From the NCBI GenBank assembly GCA_965655095.1, contig OZ296652.1, positions 74,896,001 to 74,960,000 of the forward strand: a DNA stretch of 64,000 nt. Direction: 5' to 3'. The stretch comes from Haplodiscus bocki. Lineage: Eukaryota. The notes beneath the pieces were generated by a model. That model was not told the DNA's origin. It did no database searches and saw only the letters and a list, made by a program, of their open reading frames with translations. Both the position numbers and the translations under genes were made by a program. Shown piece after piece: positions 23,270 through 35,439 of the stretch. Within the stretch, counting starts at the first letter, position 1. Each line of letters begins with the position of its first letter.

Positions 23270-24357
23270 GGTCTCCGAACTCAAACATCGACAAATCTCA
23301 AAATTCTACAATTAGCCTCAATATCTTCTACTTCGCCACCGGAGACACTCAAAACGATAGTATTTTGGAGACTGAATTTATGTCGGATACAAAAGCATCT
23401 TGCTGAATCAATAATTATCGAACCTTCTGGGATTTCTGTCCGTTACAGGAACCAATTACCATACAAAAAAGTACCAAAGTAACGAAGACATACTCAAGAC
23501 AATCATTTCTTATGATTGACCATGCAACTATAACTTTTAGTAATGATCCAGATGGACAATTTATCTTTCCAATCTTCTCCGAACACAACTTTCCGAAGTA
23601 CTTCCGGAACGAGAACGTGATTTCAAAAAAATCCGTTCTACTACCCTCAAAAGATGTCGAGAAAAAACGTCTGCTTACATCGCAAGCTGACAGAAACCGA
23701 TTGAAATTGGGACAACACCTAGACATCGGCCGAAAACTTTTTAACGAAAATCCTTGCCATGATCTTTCCAAGAGTCAAAAACTTCAACAGGCACGACCCG
23801 AACCTTTTACAAAAACAAAACGAGTAACCAACACAGTTTACCAATTTCAAGATGACAAGGATCCTACAATTCTCAAAACGGTGAACTGATATCATCTAGT
23901 CGGGTAGAAGGAACTCTACTTCCAATGATAGAAAAATACGTGCCTATGGATAGACGGCATGACTGTTTCTATGAACGATTCATGGAACAACGAATTCAGA
24001 AGTTAAACAACTTCGAACAACCAAGCATGGAAGACTCCCACCCATTTCCTATTGAACCTCCTTGAACAGCTCCGGTTACACTTCCTCAAAAACGGGTCAG
24101 TAACACTAGCAGTGATTCTGGAGTCAATTCCCTTCATGATCTATCACCGGCAAGGCCAATAACTCCTGATAATTCGCAGCCTTATCCAGTACCATCAACT
24201 TCACGAATGAATCCTTCTAGTGGACCATTAACACCAATTTAACAATTCGTTAACAATAGTTGTAAATCTAAGGCCAAGGAACCTAAATACAATCGTTCCC
24301 AGTTAGATCATCCTGGCCCACAGTCGGTGCTTCGAACACGCAGTAGACAAGGCTAAA
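23270..24357 (+). pseudogene. pol: pol remnant of element C: protease N-terminus fused by deletion to integrase C-terminus
   Basis: FMSDTKASC (~23377, decayed D-T-G-A) followed within ~400 bp by PEPFTKTKRVTNTVYQ (GPY/F-like integrase C-terminal module). Confidence 0.7.
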
Positions 24358-24440
24358 AATTCTAAGTTTTCATCTTTTATAAAATTTTTGTCCATATTTA
24401 CTCATATAATTTCCCGATATCTGGAGCTCAACAGCTTTTT

Positions 24441-27316
24441 ATGAAGCTTTCAGTCTTCTTTGTTTCATTGCAGATAACCATGCCCAAATGCCACGAAGTT
24501 TACCCGAATTGCATTTGGCACGTGCCACTTGAATGGTTTAGCTTAAGTTTCAACTCAACTCTCCTCACTAAAGTCTACTGGAATTACGCTATCCATATCA
24601 TCAGCGTATGCGGTTCTCCTCTTGACCCTATCAATCTTCAATTGAATGTTTCAAAACGTAATCTACAAGTTCATTTTGGCTCCAAAGCTAAGGCTACTTT
24701 GTACGAACTCCTATGCGATCAATCTCTCATGAATACAGACCCACTGCTTGAGGAACTGCTTTTTTATCTCCCAACTAGATTTCCTTCACACATTTTCGAA
24801 TATATAGCTTATGGAGACTCTGATCATGAATCAGTTGATTCAATTGATTCATATGTTTCTGCATTTTGTTCTGATGGTTTCACCTACTTTTCTTAGATAC
24901 CACTTACATTACTCTTCCTGTTTTTTGTGCAACTCCCAGATTTTTACCATAAAAACGAACACAAGACATTTAAAAGGCCGCTGAAGGCTAAAAGGGTTCC
25001 GACGGCCAACAAAAAGAACCGCAGGTTCTTTATGACAATAATTCGGCCGGAGTTGGCCATCAACTCCAGCTGTTCCCGGAGCTCAAACAAAGTCCACGCC
25101 GAGAATAGCCGGACCCACTGCTGCCACTTAAACGGAGTTATTAATTCGAAACCTTTCAAATAGGTTCCTAGTAGGAAGAACAAGACCTCTCACGAAAGGT
25201 GCACTAGCTCATGCTGCCATTGTGCACCCTGATTGTACTTTAGGAAGAGCCGTAAATTATCTGAGATCTCTGGCTCAACCATTACATAGTCATCCGTCCC
25301 TCTCAGTTCCCGGGACCAACGTGCCCAATTTTCCAAATCCACTAGGTCGTCTAGCGAGTAGAAATCCATAAAAGTTGAGGCGTTCCCATCCGGTTCTCCA
25401 ATTACCGGCGAGGGACCTGGAGGATGGATCCGGAAACTCCGCGGACTATTGCGCCGCGACCTCCACCTCTAGTGGCTCCTGGTAGTTATTCTCCGTCTTC
25501 CAATACAAGAACATCAGATCACGAAGCTACGACCCCCCTGCCTTTATCCCGACTCCTGGTCTATATTCTGATGACCTGCTTTACACTTATTTGACCCCTT
25601 GTTCTTTCAATGGGTTTCCTGACGTTTACGCCTATCCGAACCATTCCTACCCTACCCACGGACACCTATTTCTACCCAGAAGGCCCTCCTACGATGACAG
25701 TAGCAGAACAAGCAAAATGGAAGAGAGGAACGAATGAAGAACGCTGACTTGACCAATGATTTTTTGATTTGAATTTTTTTTTTCGAAACAACTAACCTAA
25801 TCAAAACTTTGATAAAAATGATCTTAGTTATATAACAGTAATTCACAGACAGTTCATACTCGAAGAGCAAAGAAATAACTGATGGTTTCGTTCTCAAATT
25901 TGCTATGACTCGGTGTGTGTGAAAACTGACTGAAAATTAAAAGTAATCAAACGAAGTAAACTGACGTCCAATTCAACGACTATTATACCGCATATTGAAA
26001 CTGAGACAAGGACTGAAGAGGTGTACAAATATTTTTTTGAATCACCTTTTTACTATCACTTGCGCAAGCTTCTCTCCTCAAAAATCTATATACCTAGCGA
26101 GATCCTTTGTGGAAACAAAGACTTCCGTAACTAAATGACACTTGCTCTCCTCAAAATTCACAAACAACCCCAAATAATGGTGAGCACCATCTTTAATAAT
26201 ATTACTAAAGAGTTCAGAGTAAATACGGAATCCACAAACGACGAACAAAGATCAGCTATCCTTTGTACCCCTGGATCATCGCATTATTCATCCATTGAAG
26301 CTCCTTTCAAAAATCGACCTCCAGTTTTGATCACGAGCCAAGACGGGAAGTTTTAGATGACAACTATTTTCCTCGAAATAATTAACGAAATAAACATTAT
26401 CAAATGCTTAATATACAACATTACAACTAAAAGTCACAAAATCGACACTGAAAAGGTTGAAACTTGGGAAAAAGCTACCTTTTCTTATCGCCAGAGTCTA
26501 CGAACTTCGCAATTATTGAAAGTTTCTTCGAGAACCGTCCTCCAACGAAGATTGTGAGCATGTACCAAACGATTTGAATAATTGACACTTCACTGAACGA
26601 ACCCATTAGAAAATACTCTAAATCGACCTGGTGACGACAAGACGCATTTGAGAGCTGACATTCGTTGCAAGTGGACACCACTTTCTCTGCAAGGAGAACA
26701 TTTCATAACTACAATCTTCTGGATCGTGGACGGAAGTCCTTTACAAGTCAGATTGCGGGTTACCGAGAATCAATTCACTCGCGATAATCCTTTTTCACAT
26801 AACAGTTCGAAAAAAGAGTTCGCCAACCTCTTTGTGACTCTAAAATTTTCCAGGAGTCTGGAAAAAGGGGAAAACCAAAGCTTGGACTATCTACTGGATT
26901 TTATGGACATGAACCTTGGGAGACATAATGAGGTGTCACAAATCAATATCTTGCACGCTCTTGTTTATCTATATGACATTTGACCTAAAAATCAAGTGCC
27001 TCTGGCAGAACCTTGCTTGGACTATTTACTTGGAAATCACGACAATCGAGTGGAGCGAAATATCTGACCCAAATGTTATAACAACCCAAAGTCTCAGGCA
27101 ACTGTGACCTGGAAACTGGAAAAATCCCATTAAACCAAGGACTGAAGAGCTAACGAATGTCCTGTCAGCTCTGCAAGGCTTTACAAAGTTTCCTCATTTC
27201 AAGAATACTCATCCTTTGACTAGACACTTAGTTAAAGAACTCGTTCGTCGGTGTCAATCTTTAGTCTCTGACAACCAGGCAACAAGCCCTAAACGAAACA
27301 AAACAGACTACCTTTA
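24441..27316 (+). pseudogene. Accessory ORF region of element C (24441..24896 open; further fragmented ORFs to ~27316)
   Basis: A 151-aa open ORF plus a chain of same-strand ORF fragments (26135, 26357, 26648, 26916) between pol and env. No domain recognised. Confidence 0.45.
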
Positions 27317-27614
27317 AGCCAATTCAACGGTCGAGGTGACTCACTCTTTATATTTTAATTTGGCACTTTTTTGGTGATACCTGTTCTATTCCGGCACCCC
27401 TCATAAAAATCCTGACGTCGTTTTAATAGTAGTGGAGTTACTACTACAAAGACTTAGCTTCCACTTTGTGTTAGTTCCCACAAAGCGCCGGTTTGATATT
27501 ACGGCATTTATCATTAGCTATTCCTCTCGAAAAATAGAAGGAACTTCCAGTGGGCAATCCTCTGAAGACGCTGAATTCTTCTGTTGTTGTTCCCTTTGAA
27601 GTAAAATACTAGAG

Positions 27615-28646
27615 ATGCAACCTCCGCTGCTGCGTTCAGCGATGACGCGGTCTCTCTTTCAAGTCCTCGTGTTTTGTTCCGATGTTTTTTACCCTTTAGT
27701 CCCAGTCACAGGCCAGGTTGCCAAGAATCTTGAAGTTTCTCAATTTGACTGCGGTGCAATGACAGAAAATACTCTCCATGCTCTCAACCCGGTACGACAA
27801 TGCCACATTACACCCGAAGAGCTGGAAATTAGTCGGACGAAAATCATTCTTTACACTAAGCACTTCCAAAAATAAAAGAACGCGACAAAATGTCGAATAC
27901 AGCACCAGCGAGAAACATGTCACTGCGGACATAACAACCACAGCAGCATTGATCACACTGAAGCCAGAATTACCAGCAACTTAGTGATCTCACCAGAACA
28001 TTGCCGATCTCTTGCGAAACGAAAGATGGTTTATCTGGTTGAGCGTTTTTTGGGAGTTGTGTACAATACAGAGAATCCTATTGTAATCACAGACGGTTCT
28101 ACGTGCGATAAAAATAGAAATCACTGCACCGCACCTGGTTGGATTACCCGCCATACCTTCCTCCCTCATCTGCCACGAACGACACTAAAAATCAGAATAT
28201 CGACAGGTAACGTTTTGTCCGACTCTGCTCAAGTATTGCCATGTGCACTGGAAGAGTTGTGTTGCGAGACAAGTTCGTTGGATCCTTACGCCTACATATG
28301 AGACTACCCGCAGAATTGTTTCTTTTCAGTCCTCCGAACAGAAGATGATAACATGCTGAAACAAAAACCAAAATATGATATCTTCAGTGGACCCGACTCA
28401 ACAACTAAAATGGGTTCGAAGTTAAAAACAACCCTCAAAAACATTGTGGAAAACCGACAGATATTTATCCAACAAATTACGATTCATTTTAAGTGGAAAT
28501 CATCAATGGAGGCTTCGACTTGAGAACTGGAAGGAATCTTGGTAACTAACGGAATGGTGTTACTCACGTTTTACAGTATATAGCACCCACTGAGAGCAAC
28601 GGATTTGCCCGAGTCTATGCATACGATCCGAAACATACGCAGCACG
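27615..28646 (+). pseudogene. env: Envelope glycoprotein, chuvirus-G-like, 3'-truncated
   Basis: Hydrophobic leader, then the cysteine pattern FDC...C...TKCRIQHQRE..CGHNNHSS...SPEHC...NHCTAPGW...LPCALEELCCETSSLDPYAYI*DYPQNC. This parallels the YDC...QCKV...CGMHSH...C..G.C...FW...C pattern of chuvirus glycoproteins. Contains stops and a frameshift and is cut off by the 3' LTR. Confidence 0.7.
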
Positions 28647-29628
28647 AAATGGCAGCATGCTGTTATTTTGGAGTCGATCTGGGAAAGAGATTGGATCATT
28701 ATTTTCTCTTCCGCTTAAAAGACGGGACTCCTCACTCCTCTTCTGACTTGATTTACTGTACTCCCTTTCTCCCTTTTACCCTTGGACAAACTTATTCTAA
28801 GTGGAATTCTTCTTCCCTTTTCTCTTTGCACAAAATATCTGCGAGTCAAAATTCCCTCCCTACTCTACTCTTCCTGGACAAAAAGAATCCTAAGTATAAC
28901 TTCGAATCCACAAATTTTTTCTCAGCCAATTTCTTTCATTGTCTTTGCCGCAAAATTTTTCGAATTCTACAAAAATATTCTAAGTCCCATTTTCCTTCTG
29001 ACTGAGAAATTTTCACTTTTTGCTTACCCAGTTCATACTTTTGCTGTTGGAGCCTATAGAGTGTCAACTAGCGCCCGGTTTGGTATTGGCGTGTGCTGAT
29101 TCCGTGGACGAACTTCGGTTCTGAAACAAGAGTGAAACTAAATTTGAACAACTTCCAATTTGCTCGATACGATACTCTTGCCGCTGGATTCTAAACAGTG
29201 TCCACTAGCGCTACTTTCGGTATTGGCGTGTGCGGATTCCGCTGAAGAGCTCCGGTTCTGAAGCATGAGTGGATCTTGAACTGCACAACCCTCAAGAGGT
29301 CCCTAGAAAAAAGATTTGACATTACATAGATCAAATCTCACCTCGTCTACTTCCGTGGTATTCAGAATTCAATCTAAGTTCCGAGATACGGACAAATTAC
29401 GCAGAAACCGTCCACCTTTGCTACTTTCAAAGAATTCCATTCCATGCACTAATTTGAATTTTCCAATTCGATTTCTTTGCAAGTCATCTATAAGAGGAGA
29501 GTCCCAGGTTTACACACAGATCACCGGACTCCATCAGCGGTGTCCGTTAGTTAAAAAGTTTTCTAGATCAGAGTGACGATATCTCTCTGATCGATTCTAA
29601 TATTCTATAAATCCCTTCCATAAAATCC
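28647..29628 (+). repeat. 3' LTR of element C (5' end deleted)
   Basis: Diverged direct repeat of 20084-21060, from AAATGGCAGCATGC to ATAAATCCCTTCCAT.AAATC. Confidence 0.8.
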
Positions 29629-30269
29629 TCTAGACGAAAATCTCATTTAGAGAAAAAAGGACTAAGAGCACATCACCAGGTTAGTTCTAGCAAACGAGCT
29701 TTTACTTGAGTGTTAGACGAAACATAAAACAGATCAAACCCCGCCAATAAAACCGGAGATTTAATCACGGTTTGCAAACTTGGGGAAAAACAAAGAAACG
29801 ACGACCCATAGACGGCGAATTGCCAGTTAAGGAGTCTAGACAAAAGGTTTTGATTTTATATATGACATACAATTATCAACTAAAAATTAAAACTAACAAA
29901 AATTTAGACCCTACCATAAAAATAGTGCTTGAAAAGTCGGTGAACAAAGTCTCCTTCTCAGCCCCAAACTATGAAATATATTCACCTGTATTACTCAACC
30001 TCATTTCAAATCACTCCAGGTGAAGTTTACTGAAGGTTTTCTAGCAACTAAGTTGCCTTTTTTAATGACATAAACTTCTACTGATTTTCGGGGCTTTCAT
30101 ATTATTTGCAATTTGAAAAAGTTTGATCCAACTTGATAATTTTTGTACACTTTTATCGTTAATACTCGGCCAACTCAGCATCAGTATCCCCTCACACGGG
30201 ATAGCTCATAAATCGTATGATTCCGAAAATTCTTGGGTATGAAAATGTTTCTATTACTTGGGTAATCTT

Positions 30270-30270
<1 letters not shown>

Positions 30271-30301
<31 letters not shown>
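30271..30301 (+). repeat. (AG)n microsatellite
   Basis: About 15 perfect AG units. Confidence 0.95.
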
Positions 30302-30306
<5 letters not shown>

Positions 30307-33300
30307 ACTATTAACAATCAGGGGGTAAAAGTGCTGCACCGGAATAAAAATTGGATTCGCAATTTGAGTAAATTTTATCTAGCGAATGCTGTTTGTAAGT
30401 TTAATGGAATAGACGGAGTTCCCCTTTCAGTTCCCACTTTCATCGCTTGCAAATATACATGACTCAATACCCAAATTGCGCTCTTTCCTTTTCAATTCAT
30501 TTGCATATGTTTGTTTCCCTCGATAGACTGAATATTTGATTATTTCATTTTCTATTTCCCCTTCATCGCTCATAAAGTCCTTGCTTTTGAACTTACGCAA
30601 TCTTTTTCGCGGAGCCAGTACGGCAGCGAAAATGGAGATATAAAAGCTCTAGAGACTCGTTCTGTTTATTAACAAAATAGTTGAAGCGCAGCTGCCTCCG
30701 CTTTAATGAACTGTTAGTCATGCGCCGCTTCGAGCAAGTTGAAAAATAGAACCAAATAGTATTTGTAATTTCAACCTCTCTTTTCTAACTACTCATGCTC
30801 TGCGACATACTTGGGCTATATGTTTATGAATTTTGACGAAACAATTGGTAGGAGCATTAAATGGGTCAACATAAATTTGCTGGCAAGCTTTAGCGCTTCC
30901 AATTTTACAAGTGCATGAGCGCGAAAACTGCTATTTTTTAAAATAGGAACAAAGATGTTCAATAGCAGTGTGTAGATGAAAACACACAGTTCTTCATCAT
31001 ATAAAATCTCCAAAGATTGTGGATATTCATTGGAACACCAGTGGAATCACGTTGCAATAGGACCCACAAAGATCATGGTCTGGGGTCGAAAACATAGTGG
31101 CAAAAACATAGTGGTTTTTTCACCGGGAACGATTCGAACAACATATTGCACTCGTTTAATCAAAGAAACGCTTGGGCGTTCAATCTAGTGAGGGTGAAGC
31201 ATTCTTTTGCCTCTTTCATGCGAACTTCCTTTGTGTCATTCGGTGGAATCAGGTTCGTTTTTGGCATCGGTTCAGCAGACAAGGCGTATGAGAAGACGTC
31301 ATTTAGAGACCTTTTTTCAAGCAGCTTGTGTTACGTTTATGTGATTGTACCAAAAGCAAGTTTTTGTTTTCCACAGTGAAAAATTTCTGCGGGTTCTCAA
31401 ATGGAGCACCTCTCGTTGTCGGCAAACTCTTGGCAGGCTTACCTGACAAAATTCTACTGCTAATCTAGAATAGTCGAGAAATCGGAATGCGCTGTGAATT
31501 CCTTGAGCGTGTATTCATCTCTTTTCCGCTGCTCAGTAGCCCACTCAACTGATAACCAATTTGGCAAATTGGGCTACCCTCACATTAATATCGCTTTTCT
31601 AACCATTGCAACCTCTTGTGAATCAATCGAGCCACATTAACAAGGTCGGTGGTGATAAAATCAATGGCCTCCTTGGGCGTTAAGTGTACTAAGTTCCCGA
31701 TAGAACATTCTGCTGTTCTTATTTGCATAGTACAAGCCCGCCTGAATACACCTTAGAGATGATTTTTGCTGCGAGTTAGAAAATATATTTTTTTCAAAGA
31801 AATTGCGAACCAACGATTGGCGGATTGCATGTCAGTTTTGATAAACTATTGATCAGTCAGTCTGACAACTCGGTTAGAGATCGAAATTCTGGGACATCCA
31901 GTCAACTTGACCGGGAAAGATAGCTCCTCCCACTTTTCATTGAGGATAATTGATGGTGGGTCTTCTTTGTTTGTTGTCCACAAATGAAACGCTTTACAAG
32001 ACAACGTGGGTTAATTTAATCAGAAACCAAGAGCCGGACTTTGTTTGGCTCTCTGACCCTTCAGAGCATGATGAAATATCAGCAACAAAAGAGTCACTTT
32101 CGTCAGTAACGTCAGCTGGAATAAAAGTTGCAGCTGAGTCCCTGACGGAGAAAGACATATCCTAACAAAGATTGAGTTTCTTGCGCACATTGCCCCGACT
32201 TTTGCTGGTTAGGAACAGTTTTTGCTCAGTATCATACCTAAGTTTTGCCAGGTGAAACTGAAAGGCTTCTAGTTTTCATGGTCGAATTCAAACAGTGGAA
32301 ATCATGTTACTTGGTATTGACAAATGTCCATTTTACGCTCTTTTGGCCTTTCTGGGAAATTGTACCTATTTCAGGAATGGTACCCAAGCTTCAACACACC
32401 ATTCTTCTGCTCGATTGACATTGGAAATATCCAGAGTGGGTAATGCTAGTCGAGGATACCAAAATCCATTCTCCGTTAAAATTTTGGCTCACTTGCACCT
32501 TTTCAAAACCGTCAAACACTCAGCTCAAGTCCAATACTTCGTGTTCATAAAATTTAATTGGCGGGAAATTTGGCAACTTTTACTGTATTGGACTAACTAC
32601 AAAGCGGAACATTGCAAACATATAGGACTTACAGGCTTCGAATTCGCCCCCTCAAACCTGCAGACCGAATGTTCTCCCACTTAAGCTAAGTTCCGCTTAT
32701 ATAGCTCGCCTTCCGATTGTAAAATTAGTTCAGACCAGTTTTTAGCGACATTTTGATAATTGGAAAAATGAGCTTAGTCGGCATTTTTTGTTGAGCAAAA
32801 CCAGTCAGATTATTTCAGGACAATGAGATTGGGTTTTAGCTAACCAATTTTTGGCATTCAAAGAGTTTTTTTTTCAATAATGCCGAGGTTAAAGTCCGAC
32901 AGAAATATTGAGGAACACGTAGAACTGTTCAGTGAACGGTAAAGCACAACTGTCACCGTAAGAGTCGAAGTCCAGTTTTTCCAAAGCTAATCGAGGAGAG
33001 CGAAGTGATGAAACATTTACCATCATGCTTCAAACTCCTCCAGTTGAAAAATGAGATTGAATAATCTAATGGTTTTTAGGTCAGTTTTTTGCAGTAAATC
33101 TTTGTAGCGGTTGCGTGAGGCATACGCGACTAATGGCAACAGAAAGTGTGAAGAATGTCTTATTCAGAGTTAAAACGAAAGAGTATATTCACTTTTTGAT
33201 GGTCAGAACAAAAAGATGAAGCATTTCAAATATCACGCAACATTAACAAGTTTTTCACAAAATTTTCCATTCAGAATGGCAACAAAAGTCACAAAAAAAC

Positions 33301-33522
33301 TGCTGGTCAAAGATGAATCAATTAAAAAAATCATCAATGAAACGCAATGGTAACAATTATATCTAACTAGCAGTAAAAAAATCTTGCTTAATTTCAGATC
33401 CAAGTCATCAGAGTGTAATCCTGATAAACGAAAGATTAAAGGGAATCCTCTTTGACATCGCTTAAGGTAATGAGTTTCTAGCCCATATGAAAAAAATGTC
33501 AAATGTAACAATATATATATAT

Positions 33523-34146
33523 ATTGATTATTTTTTGCAGAACGGAAATCAATTTCGGTATTTCAACAGTTGTGATTAAAACAACGAAGGCAATTAACAA
33601 TACTGGGTATTATTGTCAGTACTCCAAAATAATAACAACACTTGAGTTTTTTATACTTTCATTTCTCCTATTTATACCTTTTCCTGGCGGGAAACATAAT
33701 TGTTTACACGCCAAGTCAAGGTACAAATGGGGAAAAGTACTCTATACATTATCACATCAAAGTCAAAAATGCGGACTCTGACGAAAAATAAACAACTTTT
33801 CCATCCATCTCTTCTTTCGTAGGACGCGCCTTTTCCATCTTTCGACAGAGAAACGGACGGACATAATCCGTCGGAGACGGACATCAAAGTGTTTACTACC
33901 GCGCCGACATATTATTTACATACTTAGTAATTGTATGCTCCATAGATGGAAAATACTAAAAATTTCCTTAGATAGGAGAGTAAAAAATAAAATGTCTAAA
34001 ATGGAAAAATGAGAGAAATAAAATCAAATACAAACAACATGACTTAGTACAAAAACACGTTTAATCATCATCCTCATGCTCGTTTGATCACCAGTTAACC
34101 TTTCTGACTTCTACTCTTTTAGAAATGAAGAGAAACTAGTAGCACT
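33523..34146 (-). repeat. Partial 3' LTR of element A
   Basis: Near-identical to 41989-42612. Truncated at a (TA)n run on one side and joined directly to the antisense gene on the other. Confidence 0.88.
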
Positions 34147-34154
34147 TGTTCTAG

Positions 34155-34875
34155 TCAATCATCCTCAATGGAATGTTTCCACGCATTCTGGATCGAGTTG
34201 TTGAGTGGGTGCAGGCGCACAAACAGATCGGGCTTGAGTTCCAAGAACGTGCTTCTCACACCTGGGTGTTTGTGAGGACGTGGCGCAAGGACAGTTTCTA
34301 CCGTGTGGCTGTGGGCGTGATTGATCGTTATCATGGCGATGCTAGTAGCGAGCTGGTCATCCTTGGGCACGTTCTGTGTGCAATTGGCTGTGGGACGTCT
34401 CTGGTGTCATTTTTGGGGGGGTCAAACACCCTTGTTGAATGCTACATAGAGTATCTTGGGAGCGGATACATGCGAAGACTGCTTGATTATCCGACTTTCG
34501 ATGTGAGGCTGCTCAAACGCTCCCACAAAAAACTGCTTCCACTGTGTTTGGGACGCTCGATTCCTTCTCGCTGACTGAATTCATCGTTACCCGACTCAAA
34601 GGCGCTGAGCCTCGTGACTGGATGCAGTCGAGGCAATCTCTGCGAAGGGCGATTGAGACAGGTGATCTTTCACTTCTTGGGCTGGTGGATGTTGTCAGCA
34701 ACATAAGCCGGGTGTGGCCGCTTATTGTAACTTACCTCAAGGAAACTGGCAAGAACGACAGCGCTGATAGTCTTGTGGTATGGCCTTCTCTTTTTAGTTT
34801 CAGTTTTAGCGTGATTGCCACTGCCTATTTCCGTTTTCATGTTTAGAAAAAAGGGATAAATGGATATTTCTTGAG
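34155..34875 (+). pseudogene. Fragment of the antisense, spliced hAT-transposase-derived gene in element A
   Basis: ORFs 34173..34574 and 34544..34846 are homologous to 55423..55797 (DYPTFDVRLLKR vs DYPSFDLRLLKR; VWPLIVTYLKE vs VWPLIVS*LKE). GT-AG intron at 34778-34846. Confidence 0.75.
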
Positions 34876-35439
34876 AGACGAGACGGATAGATGAGAAGGG
34901 ATTGCCTTGAGAGACGAAGATAAAACTGTTTCCTCGCGCCGTAGTGGCCATAGTCGTCGTGCTGCGCCAGTTTTACAGTCAAGTCCCCGATAACTGACCA
35001 TATCATTATGATTTGCAATTTTGTTTTAGTATTTAGAGTATATAGTAAACTAACTATAGCCCGTCGTCACTTTACAGAGTTGAGTCGTATTTGAGTATGT
35101 CACCAGGGTGTAGCCTCAAAATAATAGGGATAACTTGTATGTACTCCGTATTGTATGCGTAGGCACAGTTTCAGGAAGTTTCAGGAATGTCTCCGGAGGC
35201 GCTCCGGAGGACAAACTAGGATACACTAGGTAAATATTTCTGGAACGTGGGGTTTGGATTTCTGCCAATTGAGAATTACTAGGACTGGATTGCTAGCAGT
35301 TCGATGCCGTTCCAAAGGTGATATTAGGAGTTTTATGGGTAGACGCGTAAGTGCTCCGTAAGCGTTCCTTAGCTTTTTTCCAAAATCCACGTGTTGTGTA
35401 CGTAGTTGTTCCGGGTGCGTACCAAGACAGAATTGTGAT

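Larger units (their letters stand above)
20008..29628 (+). mobile_element. Env-bearing Ty3/Gypsy LTR retrotransposon (element C), internally deleted and decayed
   Basis: ~1-kb direct repeats at both ends enclose gag with a CCHC knuckle, a protease start, the integrase C-terminus, accessory ORFs and a glycoprotein gene. RT, RNase H and the integrase core are missing. Confidence 0.85.

Noticed and set aside
29630-33500. Short ORFs that might be host exons or an old retroelement
   Set aside because: No recognisable domain or consistent splice pattern.
33524-33887. Recurrent peptides PFPGGKHNCLHAKSRYK and SVSDGLCPSVSLSKDG
   Set aside because: They recur because the LTR is repeated; frames break in other copies, so the conservation looks nucleotide-level.
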